Positions 20,225 through 30,379 are shown, numbered from the stretch's first letter. The stretch: 54,388 bases of DNA from Candidatus Fermentibacterota bacterium (GCA_003646025.1 QNDR01000004.1:1-54388), one strand, 5' to 3'. Program-made: numbers and translations. The notes: generated by a model from the letters alone, not told the origin.

Positions 20225-21288
20225 AAATCCTCCAGGTGTACAAAGATATTTTTCCTGAGGTTCACGGCGGAATCGAGCGCCATATATACGATCTATCACA
20301 GTTTCTTGTTTCCCGGGGGCACAGTGTGGAAGTTCTGGTTGCCGGTGGCGGAAACAGAGACGTGGACGGACTGGCTGTTAAAGGTATTTGGTCTCCAGCC
20401 CGTGTGCTTTCAAATCCTGTGGTACCTGGATTCAGCAGGTTTCTTGCTGGAACAGACGCAGATGTTGTTCATTTCCATCTTCCACTGCCAAGTGCTGTGC
20501 TGGCCTGGGCTGTGCTTAAAAAGAAAAAGCCATACGTAGTTACCTACCACAGCGATATAGTCCGCCAGGCTTTTGTGATGCCTGTTTACGGTCCTGTTCT
20601 TGGAAGATTCCTTGCAGGGGCCCGTAGTGTGATTGTTTCTTCAGATAACTATATCCGTACCTCACCCTACCTGAGAGATCTGCACAACACACAGACTATT
20701 CCCATTGGAGCTGATCTGGAACGGTTCAAGCCGGGAGGAACAGCGGGGAAGGCATACTATCTGTTTGTGGGAAGATTCAGAAGGTACAAAGGCATTTTTG
20801 TTCTTCTGGACGCCTGGCGTAAAATGGAGAATCCTCCTGATCTTATCCTGGCCGGGGGGGGCGGGCTGGAGAAAAAGGTAAATGCCTTTATTTCGGAACA
20901 CCATCTGCCTGTCAGTGTTGTAACCAATGTCTCAGACGAAGAGCTCATTTCGCTGTATCAGGGGGCAAAAGCTCTGATTCTCCCATCCATTCAGCGCAGT
21001 GAAGCCTTTGGAATGGTGCAGGTTGAGGCAATGGCCTGTGGAGCTGCAGTGATAAGCAGTAACCTTCCCACAGGTGTGTCCTGGGTGAACAGCCACGGTG
21101 AAACCGGCCTTCTTTTTACTCCAGGTGATTCGTCTGACCTGTGCAGAGCTGTAGCCCGTTTCGAAGAGTCGGAAACCATGAGAGCCGCGATGTATACGCA
21201 GGCCAGAAACAGGGCAGAGGCCCTTTTTAACAGCAGGACGCTTCTGAAAAGAGTTGAAGAATGTCTGATAGAAGCCACCGTGATCTGA
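20221..21288 (+). CDS. Glycosyltransferase family 4
   Basis: GGIE, TYHSD, FVGRFRRYKG, PSIQRSEAFGMVQVEAMACG. Confidence 0.9.
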   Translation: MKILQVYKDIFPEVHGGIERHIYDLSQFLVSRGHSVEVLVAGGGNRDVDGLAVKGIWSPARVLSNPVVPGFSRFLAGTDADVVHFHLPLPSAVLAWAVLKKKKPYVVTYHSDIVRQAFVMPVYGPVLGRFLAGARSVIVSSDNYIRTSPYLRDLHNTQTIPIGADLERFKPGGTAGKAYYLFVGRFRRYKGIFVLLDAWRKMENPPDLILAGGGGLEKKVNAFISEHHLPVSVVTNVSDEELISLYQGAKALILPSIQRSEAFGMVQVEAMACGAAVISSNLPTGVSWVNSHGETGLLFTPGDSSDLCRAVARFEESETMRAAMYTQARNRAEALFNSRTLLKRVEECLIEATVI

Positions 21289-21779
21289 CAGTTCTTGTGC
21301 TGTATGCCACTGCACTCGGGGTGATAGACAGTCTTGTTCCGAGGCCTGTTCCATTTATGAAGCTGGGGCTTGCAAATGCTGCAGCTGTAGTTGCAGTTGT
21401 CAGGTATGGTTTTCTGAAAACACTGGAACTCAATCTACTTAGAGTATTTGCTGTAGCCCTTATCACCGGGTTACTGGCGACGCCCTCTTTTCTCCTCTCG
21501 GTAACAGGTGCTGTAACAAGCGCTGTTGCAATGGGGTCCATGAGATTTGTGTTCAGAGACAGGCTGTCCTATGCAGGTGTGTCCGTTACTGGAGCAGTTG
21601 CATCGCTGTGGATGCAGCTGGTTGTTGCGCGTATTGTTCTGCCGGGACTTCCGCTGCAGAATATTGTATTATTGCTCACTGTGTGGGGAATTATTTCCGG
21701 TGCAGTTACAGGTCTGATTGCACAGGCTGCTGTGTGCAGGAGACAGAAAACTGAAGTGTTGCATAAAGACGAGTGTTAA
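21261..21779 (+). CDS. Gx transporter family membrane protein (heptaprenyl-diphosphate synthase component I-like)
   Basis: P.PVPFMKLGLAN motif, R..., GVSV.GA, Q; five hydrophobic helices. Confidence 0.75.
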   Translation: MSDRSHRDLTVLVLYATALGVIDSLVPRPVPFMKLGLANAAAVVAVVRYGFLKTLELNLLRVFAVALITGLLATPSFLLSVTGAVTSAVAMGSMRFVFRDRLSYAGVSVTGAVASLWMQLVVARIVLPGLPLQNIVLLLTVWGIISGAVTGLIAQAAVCRRQKTEVLHKDEC

Positions 21780-21787
21780 ATTAAGAT
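21759..21787 (+). promoter_or_regulatory. Putative internal sigma70 promoter for DUF4321-tatA-mglA
   Basis: TTGCAT-17 bp-TAAGAT, followed by SD GAAAGGA. Confidence 0.45.
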
Positions 21788-21806
21788 ACAGTTACAGAAA
21801 GGACAG

Positions 21807-22082
21807 GTGTTGTTAAACGGAAGGTCCACAGGATTCTGGGTTTTCATTGCCGTTGCAGGCATGATGACCGGTACTGTGTTCGGTGAGGCCGTGGGGGCCG
21901 TGCTGCCGGACAGTTCTGTGGCGTTGAGGCAGTTTTTCAGCGGTGGGGCCGAGTTCTCTGTAGGGCCTCTGGGCTTCGATATCTACATTCTGAGGTTTCA
22001 GATCGCTGAAATTGCGGTGAAGCTTAACATAATGACATTTGCCGGTCTTCTTGCGGTGGGTGTTTTATACAAATGGTTCTGA
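21807..22082 (+). CDS. Small membrane protein, DUF4321-like
   Basis: 91 aa with two hydrophobic segments; G...GE motif and C-terminal LNI....GL......YK pattern. Confidence 0.6.
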   Translation: MLLNGRSTGFWVFIAVAGMMTGTVFGEAVGAVLPDSSVALRQFFSGGAEFSVGPLGFDIYILRFQIAEIAVKLNIMTFAGLLAVGVLYKWF

Positions 22083-22100
22083 CTGCACGGGGGGGTTATT

Positions 22101-22298
22101 TTGGGTCGTATAGGAACCACCGAGCTTGTGCTGATTCTTGTGGTGCTTCTTCTTCTCTTCGGAGCAAAGAGGATTCCTGATATTGCCAGAGCTGTCGGGA
22201 AATCCATGAGTCAGTTCAAAAAGGGTTTGAAGGACGTGGATATTGAATCTGATGAGGTTGGCAGTGATGACGGAAAAAAAGAGCAGAGCGAGGAGTAA
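22101..22298 (+). CDS. tatA: Twin-arginine translocase subunit TatA/E
   Basis: IGTTELVLILVVLLLLFGAKRIPDIARAVGKSMSQFKKG. Confidence 0.93.
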   Translation: MGRIGTTELVLILVVLLLLFGAKRIPDIARAVGKSMSQFKKGLKDVDIESDEVGSDDGKKEQSEE

Positions 22299-22304
22299 TA
22301 CTTT

Positions 22305-22907
22305 ATGGCAACTGTGAGCTACAGCGCTAAGGAAATTGACTGCAAGATTGTGTATGCAGGTCCGGGGTTGTCAGGGAAAACAACTAATGTAAAATATATC
22401 CACGGTCAGGTCGCCTCAGATTCAAGGGGAAAACTGATTTCCCTTGCTGCCGGTAACGACAGAACTCTGTTTTTTGATTTTCTCCCGCTGGATTCCGGCG
22501 AGATCAATGGCTTCAAGATACGTCTGCATCTCTACAGTGTCCCTGGTCAGGCCATGTATTCAGACAGCCGCCGGCTGATTCTTCAGGGTGTTGACGGTAT
22601 TGTTTTTGTTGCCGATTCTCAGGAGTCAAGAATGGATGCCAACATTGCAAGTCTCAGAGACCTGAAAGAGAATCTCCGCAATCAGAGGAGGAAGGGCGTC
22701 AGTCTTGTTCTGCAGTGCAACAAGAGAGACCTGCACGATGCTATTCCTGTGGATGAGATTGTTCGTGAGCTCGGGTTGTCTCGTGTCGCGTGTCTTGAAT
22801 CTGTGGCATCCGAGGGCAAAGGCGTGTTTGAGACCCTGCGCAGGGTGAGCCGGATGGTGATAGCAAGACTGCACAGACAATTTGAAATACTGGAGGGAAG
22901 AGCCTGA
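22305..22907 (+). CDS. mglA: MglA-family small Ras-like GTPase (copy 1)
   Basis: KIVYAGPGLSGKTTN, DRTLFFDFLP, YSVPGQ, DGIVFVADS, NKRD. Confidence 0.9.
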   Translation: MATVSYSAKEIDCKIVYAGPGLSGKTTNVKYIHGQVASDSRGKLISLAAGNDRTLFFDFLPLDSGEINGFKIRLHLYSVPGQAMYSDSRRLILQGVDGIVFVADSQESRMDANIASLRDLKENLRNQRRKGVSLVLQCNKRDLHDAIPVDEIVRELGLSRVACLESVASEGKGVFETLRRVSRMVIARLHRQFEILEGRA

Positions 22908-24343
22908 TGTCTGATTCTTTCGTTGATCTGTTGCTTGTGAGACTGGGAAGAGAAGAGGAAAAGAAGAAAGTATTAAAACTTCTCATTACGGGTCTTGATC
23001 TTTCGGTAACTGAGGCTGAGAATGCGGTTAACAACTCGCCGTCGGTGATCAAAGAAGCCGTTCCAATGAATGAAGCAAGGGCCATACAGAAGGATCTTTA
23101 TCCCTATATCGATCTTCTTCCCCGCCTGGAGGATGAGACCGGTGTCGAAGAGGAAGCGTCATCAGGAGCGGTTCTGGATTCTTCGGGAGGAACAGTCAAT
23201 CCTGAGGGAACTGAGGCTGAACCCGGGGTAGAAACCACGGAAAAGCCCGGGGATGCACAGAGTGAAGAGACAGTACAGCAGCCTGCTGTTGAGGAAGAAG
23301 AACCAATTGTAATTACTTCTGCAAGCGAGGAAATTCGCTCTACGGCAAGGTGCCACATCTGTGGAAGAACGCCTACGGACGGGGAGAGGCTTGCACCGTG
23401 CAGAACATGCGGGCAGCTTACCTGCAGGAACTGCTTTGACAGAGTGGCCCATGTGTGCAGCCACTGTGCCAGTGACGGAAAGTCCGTGGACAGGCCCAAC
23501 AAGGGTGTTGCTTCAGAGAGCAGAGAAGGTCTTGAATTCGATGCGGAACAACCGGTCAGCGAGGAGACAGGTGCAGGGTCAACTGTTCTGAAAACCGTGG
23601 TCGCTGTTTTCCTTGTGATCGCTCTGGCTGCAGCATTTTACTTCACAGACCCTCTGAATCTTTTCTCGCCGATTACCGGGGATTCCACATCCGGCGATGG
23701 TCTGGTTTCTGTCGATACATCCGGCACGGCAGTTCAGGATTCATCCGATACCGGAATACCTGCGCCGCAGGATTCTGTAGATATAAACGAAATACAGGAG
23801 GATACATCGTTTGTAGAAAGTGATTCTATTGCTGTTGATGATCCTTTTGGCCTGCGGCTTATTGCTCTGCCGGACAGCTGTATACCTGCGGAGAATCCAG
23901 TTCCTATCAGTTTTCAGACCAGAGCTCCCCGGAACACAGATGCAGAAATTCCTGTGGAAAGCAGTGAGGTAGTGTTCAGTGAGCTGGAGCTGCTTGCGTC
24001 GGCGATTCCAGTTGTGGTGGATGACGGGGCATTTCTGGTTTATGAAGACTCTACAACCGTTCTGGTTATGGCGATTCTTCATCCGGAAGAAGCAGAAGTA
24101 AGAATTCGTCTCATGAGGGATGCGGCGGCCATGCTGGAACCTGCAGACGTTGATCAGCTGGTGCTTGTCTACAGAGAAAACCGATACCAGGAGGCTGTTG
24201 TATACAGTCTGGTACACGAGGCTTTCTCAGAGGTAGCAGGCGTTCTCAATCCAAGACAGTTCCAGAATATCATGGGTTACAGAGAGAGCTGCTGGGAGTC
24301 TGTCAGCGGCCCTGTGGCTCTGTGGCTTTCCACCATGGAATAA
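22907..24343 (+). CDS. Hypothetical bitopic membrane protein (L7/L12-CTD-like domain, 8-Cys zinc finger, TM helix, acidic extracytoplasmic domain)
   Basis: N-terminal KVLKLL..GLDLSVTEAENAVNNSPSVIKE; CxxC x4 at 23351-23467; TM VVAVFLVIALAAAFYF. TGATG coupling to mglA. Confidence 0.7.
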   Translation: MSDSFVDLLLVRLGREEEKKKVLKLLITGLDLSVTEAENAVNNSPSVIKEAVPMNEARAIQKDLYPYIDLLPRLEDETGVEEEASSGAVLDSSGGTVNPEGTEAEPGVETTEKPGDAQSEETVQQPAVEEEEPIVITSASEEIRSTARCHICGRTPTDGERLAPCRTCGQLTCRNCFDRVAHVCSHCASDGKSVDRPNKGVASESREGLEFDAEQPVSEETGAGSTVLKTVVAVFLVIALAAAFYFTDPLNLFSPITGDSTSGDGLVSVDTSGTAVQDSSDTGIPAPQDSVDINEIQEDTSFVESDSIAVDDPFGLRLIALPDSCIPAENPVPISFQTRAPRNTDAEIPVESSEVVFSELELLASAIPVVVDDGAFLVYEDSTTVLVMAILHPEEAEVRIRLMRDAAAMLEPADVDQLVLVYRENRYQEAVVYSLVHEAFSEVAGVLNPRQFQNIMGYRESCWESVSGPVALWLSTME

Positions 24344-24375
24344 TCTTCTTACAAAAAAACCAGGAGTCTGTATTC

Positions 24376-26571
24376 ATGACAGGAGATACAAAGAAAAAGC
24401 TTGTTATTATAGAATCCCCAGCCAAAGCAAAGAGCCTTAAAAACTACCTGGGCCGAGGCTGGGATGTTGTTGCCTCATATGGTCATGTAAGGGATCTGCC
24501 TCTTAATCGTCTCGGTGTAAACACGGAAACACTTGAACCTGTCTACACAATTCTTCCCAGTAAAAGGGCAGCTGTGGCCAAGCTCAGGAAAACAGCATCA
24601 GCTTACAGTGAAATCTATCTGGCCGCTGATCCTGACCGCGAAGGGGAGGCTATCTGCTGGCATATCTACAAACTGCTTCAGGGTAAGGGAATATCCTTCA
24701 GGCGGATCAGGTTTAATTCCATAACAAGAGAGGCAGTTCGGGCTGCTTCCAGAACCGCTTCAGATATAGATATGAACCTGGTTGATGCACAGCAGGCCAG
24801 AAGAGTGATGGACCGTCTGGTGGGTTACAAGATCAGCCCGTATCTGTGGAGAACTGTGGGCAAAGGACTCAGTGCAGGCAGGGTACAGACTGTAGCTCTC
24901 AGGTTGATAGCTGAGCGGGAACTTGCCATAAGAAGCTTTGTCCCCAGAGAATTCTGGCCGGTAACTGCAGAATTCAGGCAGAATGGTTCTGTGTTTCAAA
25001 CCAAACTTTATAAAATAGACGGAAAAAGGGCAGACGGAGACAGGCACTCTCCAGGAAGTCGTGAAACTGCCGACAGAGTTCTCAGTCAGACCCGCGGGGA
25101 GGCCCTGTGGAAGATCAGCTCCCTGGTGGAAAAGAACAAGGCCAGAAAACCTGTTCCTCCGTTTATCACCAGCTCTCTTCAGGTTGCTGCGTCTGCAAGG
25201 TTGTCCATGCCGCCATCGGTAACCATGCGACTGGCTCAGGATCTGTATGAAGGTTTTGAAATCAACGGAGAAACAACAGGTCTTATTACCTATATGAGAA
25301 CGGATTCTGTCAGGATTGAACCTGCTGCGATTGCAGACTGCCGCAGTTTTGTAGAACAGAAGTGGAGTACCCGGGAACTCTCTCCGAAACCAAGACGCTA
25401 CAGAGCCAGCGGTGGCGCCCAGGACGCCCACGAAGCCATCAGGCCCACAGATGTAAGGCGAACTCCAGAGGAGATGGCCGGCATACTGGACGACAGGCAT
25501 CTGAAACTATACTCGCTTGTGTGGAAGAGATTTGTGGCTACTCAGATGGCTGATGCCATTGTCGCTGAAACTGAAGTTCTGGTTTCCAGCGGAGAATTGG
25601 TATTCAGAGCAACCGGGCAGAAGGTTGTAAGTCGGGGATTTTCACTGGTAGACCCGGCACAGCTTAAAATAGTCGGGAAAATCCCGGAACTTGCGGAGGG
25701 TGTTGTTGAATTCCTGGATGTAACAGCGGAGCAGAAGTTTACAAAGCCCCTGTCCAGGTATTCAGAAGCGGCTCTTGTATCGGAAATGAAAAAGAAAGCA
25801 ATTGGAAGACCTTCCACTTATGTATCGATCATATCAACATTGAAGAAGAGGACCTATGTAGAGGCCAGGGAGAAGAAACTTTTTCCCACTGAAGTGGGAA
25901 TGGTTACTGCAGACCTTCTGGTAAAGCTGTTTCCCCATCTGTTTGATGTTGGTTTCACAGCGACTCTTGAGGAATTGCTTGATCTCGTAGCTTCGGGGAA
26001 AACCAGTTACAAAGAAGCGGTAAAACAGCTTTACACACCGCTCGCTGCATCTCTGGAGGAAGCCATGAGACGCCTTCCCGAGATCAAGGCATCAATGGTA
26101 AAAGAAACTGCTGAAAAGTGTCCCCTGTGCGGTAAAGTGCTTCTGGAAAAGATGGGGAAGTACGGCAAATTTCTGGCATGCAGCGGATTCCCTTCGTGTC
26201 GGTATACCCGTCCTGTGAATGAAGATTCATCTTCTACAGTTTCTGATGTCAAATGTGCAAAGTGCGGTAAGGATATGCTTCTTCGAAACGGCAGATACGG
26301 CCGGTATCTTGCATGTTCAGATCCTGCATGCGGTCACACACAGCCTGTTCCTGTCGGGGTGAAATGTCCTGTTCCGGACTGCACCGGTGAGCTGGTTGAA
26401 AGACGGTCACGCAGAGGAAAGGTGTTTTATTCATGCAGCAGATACCCGGACTGTGACTATGCCATGTGGAACAAGCCTGTGGCAAGAGAGTGTCCCAGGT
26501 GCGGGTTTCCTCTGCTTGAAGAGAGAAAGAAAGGTGTGTTCTGTCCCCGTTGCAAGAAGAAGATAGACTGA
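24376..26571 (+). CDS. topA: DNA topoisomerase I with C-terminal zinc ribbons
   Basis: LVIIESPAKAK, DPDREGE, SAGRVQ, catalytic ITYMRTDS, AHEAIRP, GRPSTY, C4 zinc ribbons. Start set at ATG 24376 after SD AGGAG. Confidence 0.96.
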   Translation: MTGDTKKKLVIIESPAKAKSLKNYLGRGWDVVASYGHVRDLPLNRLGVNTETLEPVYTILPSKRAAVAKLRKTASAYSEIYLAADPDREGEAICWHIYKLLQGKGISFRRIRFNSITREAVRAASRTASDIDMNLVDAQQARRVMDRLVGYKISPYLWRTVGKGLSAGRVQTVALRLIAERELAIRSFVPREFWPVTAEFRQNGSVFQTKLYKIDGKRADGDRHSPGSRETADRVLSQTRGEALWKISSLVEKNKARKPVPPFITSSLQVAASARLSMPPSVTMRLAQDLYEGFEINGETTGLITYMRTDSVRIEPAAIADCRSFVEQKWSTRELSPKPRRYRASGGAQDAHEAIRPTDVRRTPEEMAGILDDRHLKLYSLVWKRFVATQMADAIVAETEVLVSSGELVFRATGQKVVSRGFSLVDPAQLKIVGKIPELAEGVVEFLDVTAEQKFTKPLSRYSEAALVSEMKKKAIGRPSTYVSIISTLKKRTYVEAREKKLFPTEVGMVTADLLVKLFPHLFDVGFTATLEELLDLVASGKTSYKEAVKQLYTPLAASLEEAMRRLPEIKASMVKETAEKCPLCGKVLLEKMGKYGKFLACSGFPSCRYTRPVNEDSSSTVSDVKCAKCGKDMLLRNGRYGRYLACSDPACGHTQPVPVGVKCPVPDCTGELVERRSRRGKVFYSCSRYPDCDYAMWNKPVARECPRCGFPLLEERKKGVFCPRCKKKID

Positions 26572-27440
26572 TACTGGAATCTTTTAAAGATGAGCTTACC
26601 TACGGCAGGGGGCTTTCTCCACTGACAGTCAAAGCTTATCTGACACAGATGACGGATTTTGCAGCTGCCGGTGGATCGTTTGTAAAGGGTTTTGACATCT
26701 CTCAGATGCGGGAGTATCTCATGAAACGGGCTTCAACCGGTATGTCTCCAGGCAGTATTGCCAGAATGGTAAGCTGTTTTCATACCTTTTCCAGATGGCT
26801 TGTGGAGACAGGCCGTTCCGAAATAGACCACAGTGAGTTACTCAAGGCTCCCAGGGTGCCCAGAAGGCTTCCCGGGTTTCTTGGTGTCAGCGAAGTCAAA
26901 AGTGTTTTGAATGCTTACGATACCTCAACCACAAAGGGCCTGCGCAACAGAGCAGTAGTTGAACTGCTTTACGGAGCAGGTCTGCGGGCTGCCGAAGCTG
27001 CATCTCTTCTGCTTAAAAATACAAGTATAGCTTCAGGTACTGTAAGGGTCATGGGAAAGGGAAGAAGAGAAAGAATTGTTCCTGTTCCCGGTGGAACTGT
27101 GGAGTACCTTGGTAAATGGATTCAGAAACGAAATGAGTATATCTCAGGTGATGATCCTGGAACTCTTTTTATCAGTGTCAGAGGGCGAAAGCTTGACCCA
27201 AGGGATATACGGCGTATTGTTTCCGCTGGTGTTGACGGCGCAGCCAGGGCTGCAGGGGCCACTCCTCACACTTTCAGGCACAGTTTTGCCACACATCTTC
27301 TGAATGGAGGAGCGGATATCAGAACAGTTCAGGAACTGCTTGGGCATGCCGGGATAGGAACAACACAGATATATACGCATCTCACAACAGAGAAATTAAA
27401 AGGTGTTTACATGAAGACACACCCCAGGGGGAAAAAGTGA
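26550..27440 (+). CDS. xerC: Tyrosine recombinase XerC/XerD family
   Basis: LLYGAGLR, GKG, HTFRHSFATH, LLGH, TQIY. The topA-xer-hslVU context favours xerC. Confidence 0.88.
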   Translation: MQEEDRLILESFKDELTYGRGLSPLTVKAYLTQMTDFAAAGGSFVKGFDISQMREYLMKRASTGMSPGSIARMVSCFHTFSRWLVETGRSEIDHSELLKAPRVPRRLPGFLGVSEVKSVLNAYDTSTTKGLRNRAVVELLYGAGLRAAEAASLLLKNTSIASGTVRVMGKGRRERIVPVPGGTVEYLGKWIQKRNEYISGDDPGTLFISVRGRKLDPRDIRRIVSAGVDGAARAAGATPHTFRHSFATHLLNGGADIRTVQELLGHAGIGTTQIYTHLTTEKLKGVYMKTHPRGKK

Positions 27441-30379
27441 ATATCAAAGGTGCATTTACAACAGACAGGCTCGTTGCGCTGGCAGCGGCCATGGCCGCTT
27501 TTACCGTTTACGCCATTACCCTGGCGCCGTCCGTCAGTTTCTGGGACAGCGGAGAGTACATTACCTGCTCCTGGGTTGCCGGGATTCCCCACCCGCCGGG
27601 AGTTCCCTTTTTTGTGCTTCTGGGGAGAGTAAGTACTCTGCTGTTCAGTTTTATCCCTTCCATTGCTGCCAGAGTTAACCTTATGTGCGCAATCGCGGGA
27701 ACTGTTACCATCGGTCTTGTGGCAAGGCTGATACAGAGATGGAGTGTCAGGCTGGGCTTTGAACCATGGCTTTACAGACCTGTTTCCATTGCCGGGGCAC
27801 TTATGGCCGCTTTCAGCTACACTGTATGGAGAAACAACAATGCAACCGAAACCTATGCCATGGCAGCCCTTCTTTCCCTTCTCATTCTCTGGGTTTTTGA
27901 TCTGTGGATAGAGAGAAGGCTTCATGGCAGACCTGCAGGTCGTCAGCTGTTTCTCACCGGTTACCTTATGACGCTGGCAATAGGCAATCATCTCAGTGCT
28001 CTTATTGTTACCCTTCCCATTGTGGCAATGTATGTGCTGTATGCTGTGAGAAAGAAAGCGTTTGAGTGGAAATCTCCCGGGTTTCCAGTGATGTTTCTCG
28101 GTCTGATGGTTCTCGCATTCAGCATTCACCTTTACATGCCTATCCGGGCGATACAGAACCCTGAGATCAACGAGACAAATCCCTCTGTATGGACCGAATT
28201 CAAGGAAGCTATCGAAAGAAAACAATACGGCCAGGTCTCTATTTTCAACAGAAAAGGACCATTTCAGGATCAGCTGGGACTGTTTGCCGAATACCTGTCC
28301 TGGCAGGTGGGAAGACCGGAGGCATGGACAGGTGCCATGGGTACACCTGGCGGTGTAGTGTGGGCATTTCTCTGGATGGGAATGGCCGTTCTTGCAGTTA
28401 CCGGTCTTGTTGTTATGGGAAAAAGGCGTCCTGATCTTCTGGTTCTTGTGGGATTGTCTTTTATCATGGCGAGTTTCGCCTTTGTGGTGTATCTGAATTT
28501 TAAGACAGGGCCCGAAGGAACATCACTGGGTGAAGTTCGCGAGAGAGATTACTTTTTCGGTGCATCTTTCATTTTCTTTGCCGTTTTGTCCATGATCGGG
28601 ATGGGGTCACTGTTTGCCTCTGCTAAGAGCAGAGCGGTAAAGAACGCCGCGTGGGCAATGGTTGTTTTCCCATTTATATCTCTGGGGATGAACTGGCATC
28701 ACTGTGACCGCTCAGGTGATTATGCCGCCCGGGATTACGGTATCAACCTGCTGCAGTCATGTCCGGAAAATGCGGTGATAATCACCAACGGAGACAACGA
28801 TACTTTCCCTCTGTGGTTTGCCCAGGGAGTGCTTGGGATCCGCCGTGATGTGATAATTTCCAATCTGAGTCTGATGAATACAAGGTGGTATGTAGAACAG
28901 CTTGTTGCAAAAGATCCTGATCTTCTCAGTTATTCACAGGAGACTATTGACAACATGCAGCCCATATTCATCTGGGGTCCCAATTTCTTTCATGTTTCAT
29001 CGGAAGGTCTGCCTGTCACAGGCGAGTATGACAGGCAGGTTCTTGACGATACATTTAACGGTCAGTGGCCGTGGGTGCTGAATGACGGCAACACAAGCAT
29101 ACCGGTTCCATCAATGGGAAGAGGCAGCCAGGGCTCTGTTCCCATGCAGGATCTTCTTCTTATCAATATGCTTGGAAACAGAAGCCTTCACGGCAGGGAA
29201 GTGATGATCGCCGGAACAGTTTCAGGGGAAAACAGAAGTTACATCGAGAGCTATCTGCAGATGCAGGGAATTGCTTTCAGAGTGATGCACGAGCCTGTCC
29301 GTGAACTTGTAAACACAGATCTGGGATGGACCCTTGCAGACAGTTTTCTTACAACAGGTCTTGCAGATCCTTCTGTCTACAAGGACGATCAGGCAATCCA
29401 GATTGCAAGGAATTATGTCAGTGCCTACAATCGCCTTGCGTATCAGTTTATGGCTGAGGGCAACACAGAAATGGTGGGTGTGTGTCTGGACAGGTCTGAG
29501 GCTGTATTCTCAGCCATGCCTGAGGAGTGGCTCAGCATCATGCCCAGTTTTGTTCTGTTGAAAGCAAGATTCATTCATGGCAGGGACGGTGCTGATGCGG
29601 CAATAGACTACGTTCAGCAGGCTACGGCATACATGGACAGCATGGCAGTTGAATACAACAACTCCGCTGCCGCTGCCGCCTCGTCTCAGCTTGCAGCGGT
29701 GGCCGGTGAGTTTGAACAGGAGTCGGCTTTTAACGGGGTCATCGATTTTATCAGCGACGGTTCTCCTGCGCAGGAGTGGATACGCATAGAGAAAGATCTT
29801 TCATTCGGAAATTACATTGCAGCAAGAGAACATCTGGCGGGTCTTCAGGCGGGATGGGGTTCTGAATACCAGCCTGTGCTGGATCTTATGGCGCAGACTG
29901 TGGATCAATACACCATTTACAGCCCGGTCAACACCGGTCTCAGCATGCTTGACACCGCCCTCGCATTCGTTTTCAATCACACTGATCAGGAAAGCTCCAC
30001 GCTGGAATGGAAGCAGGATATAACTGCGGCATCCATAGCCGTTGAAATGGCCGGACTCGCGGCCAGAGGAGGTGTGATGGCAGCTGTTTCCCTTGGGAAT
30101 ATCATGGTTTCCCAGATGAAAACGCAGCGTGAAGCACAGTTGATCACAGATCTCTGCGACAGGTTTGTTGCCGATCCGGAAAATGCGAAGGAAACAGCTC
30201 TGTGGTTCCTGCTTTCCACAGAAACATTCTCGTCAGAAGCAAGAGCCGTAAGTCTTGCCGACAATGGATACAGCGGGCTTGCCTATGCTGTTCTTGTTAA
30301 CGACGTTGGAATGACTGAAGAGTATGCGCTTTCCATAGAAATAACGGGAAACACCCTGGCTCATTTGCTGGAGGAGTAA
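27437..30379 (+). CDS. DUF2723 / TMEM260-like GT-C integral membrane glycosyltransferase with long soluble C-terminal domain
   Basis: APSVSFWDSGEY...GIPHPPG.P, ETY, NHL, YMPIRA, RERDYFF, GDNDTFPLW, NLSLMNT.WY. Confidence 0.85.
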   Translation: MNIKGAFTTDRLVALAAAMAAFTVYAITLAPSVSFWDSGEYITCSWVAGIPHPPGVPFFVLLGRVSTLLFSFIPSIAARVNLMCAIAGTVTIGLVARLIQRWSVRLGFEPWLYRPVSIAGALMAAFSYTVWRNNNATETYAMAALLSLLILWVFDLWIERRLHGRPAGRQLFLTGYLMTLAIGNHLSALIVTLPIVAMYVLYAVRKKAFEWKSPGFPVMFLGLMVLAFSIHLYMPIRAIQNPEINETNPSVWTEFKEAIERKQYGQVSIFNRKGPFQDQLGLFAEYLSWQVGRPEAWTGAMGTPGGVVWAFLWMGMAVLAVTGLVVMGKRRPDLLVLVGLSFIMASFAFVVYLNFKTGPEGTSLGEVRERDYFFGASFIFFAVLSMIGMGSLFASAKSRAVKNAAWAMVVFPFISLGMNWHHCDRSGDYAARDYGINLLQSCPENAVIITNGDNDTFPLWFAQGVLGIRRDVIISNLSLMNTRWYVEQLVAKDPDLLSYSQETIDNMQPIFIWGPNFFHVSSEGLPVTGEYDRQVLDDTFNGQWPWVLNDGNTSIPVPSMGRGSQGSVPMQDLLLINMLGNRSLHGREVMIAGTVSGENRSYIESYLQMQGIAFRVMHEPVRELVNTDLGWTLADSFLTTGLADPSVYKDDQAIQIARNYVSAYNRLAYQFMAEGNTEMVGVCLDRSEAVFSAMPEEWLSIMPSFVLLKARFIHGRDGADAAIDYVQQATAYMDSMAVEYNNSAAAAASSQLAAVAGEFEQESAFNGVIDFISDGSPAQEWIRIEKDLSFGNYIAAREHLAGLQAGWGSEYQPVLDLMAQTVDQYTIYSPVNTGLSMLDTALAFVFNHTDQESSTLEWKQDITAASIAVEMAGLAARGGVMAAVSLGNIMVSQMKTQREAQLITDLCDRFVADPENAKETALWFLLSTETFSSEARAVSLADNGYSGLAYAVLVNDVGMTEEYALSIEITGNTLAHLLEE

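Noticed and set aside
26550-27440. Tyrosine recombinase as an integrase of a mobile element, with tRNA-Gly as att site
   Set aside because: Size, motifs and the topA/hslVU context fit housekeeping XerC. I saw no duplicated tRNA 3' end and no phage or ICE genes.
16154-28225. Long antisense ORFs (e.g. 16154..17032, 24760..25500, 27407..28225)
   Set aside because: They are shadow frames opposite well-conserved genes, with no recognisable motifs or RBS.
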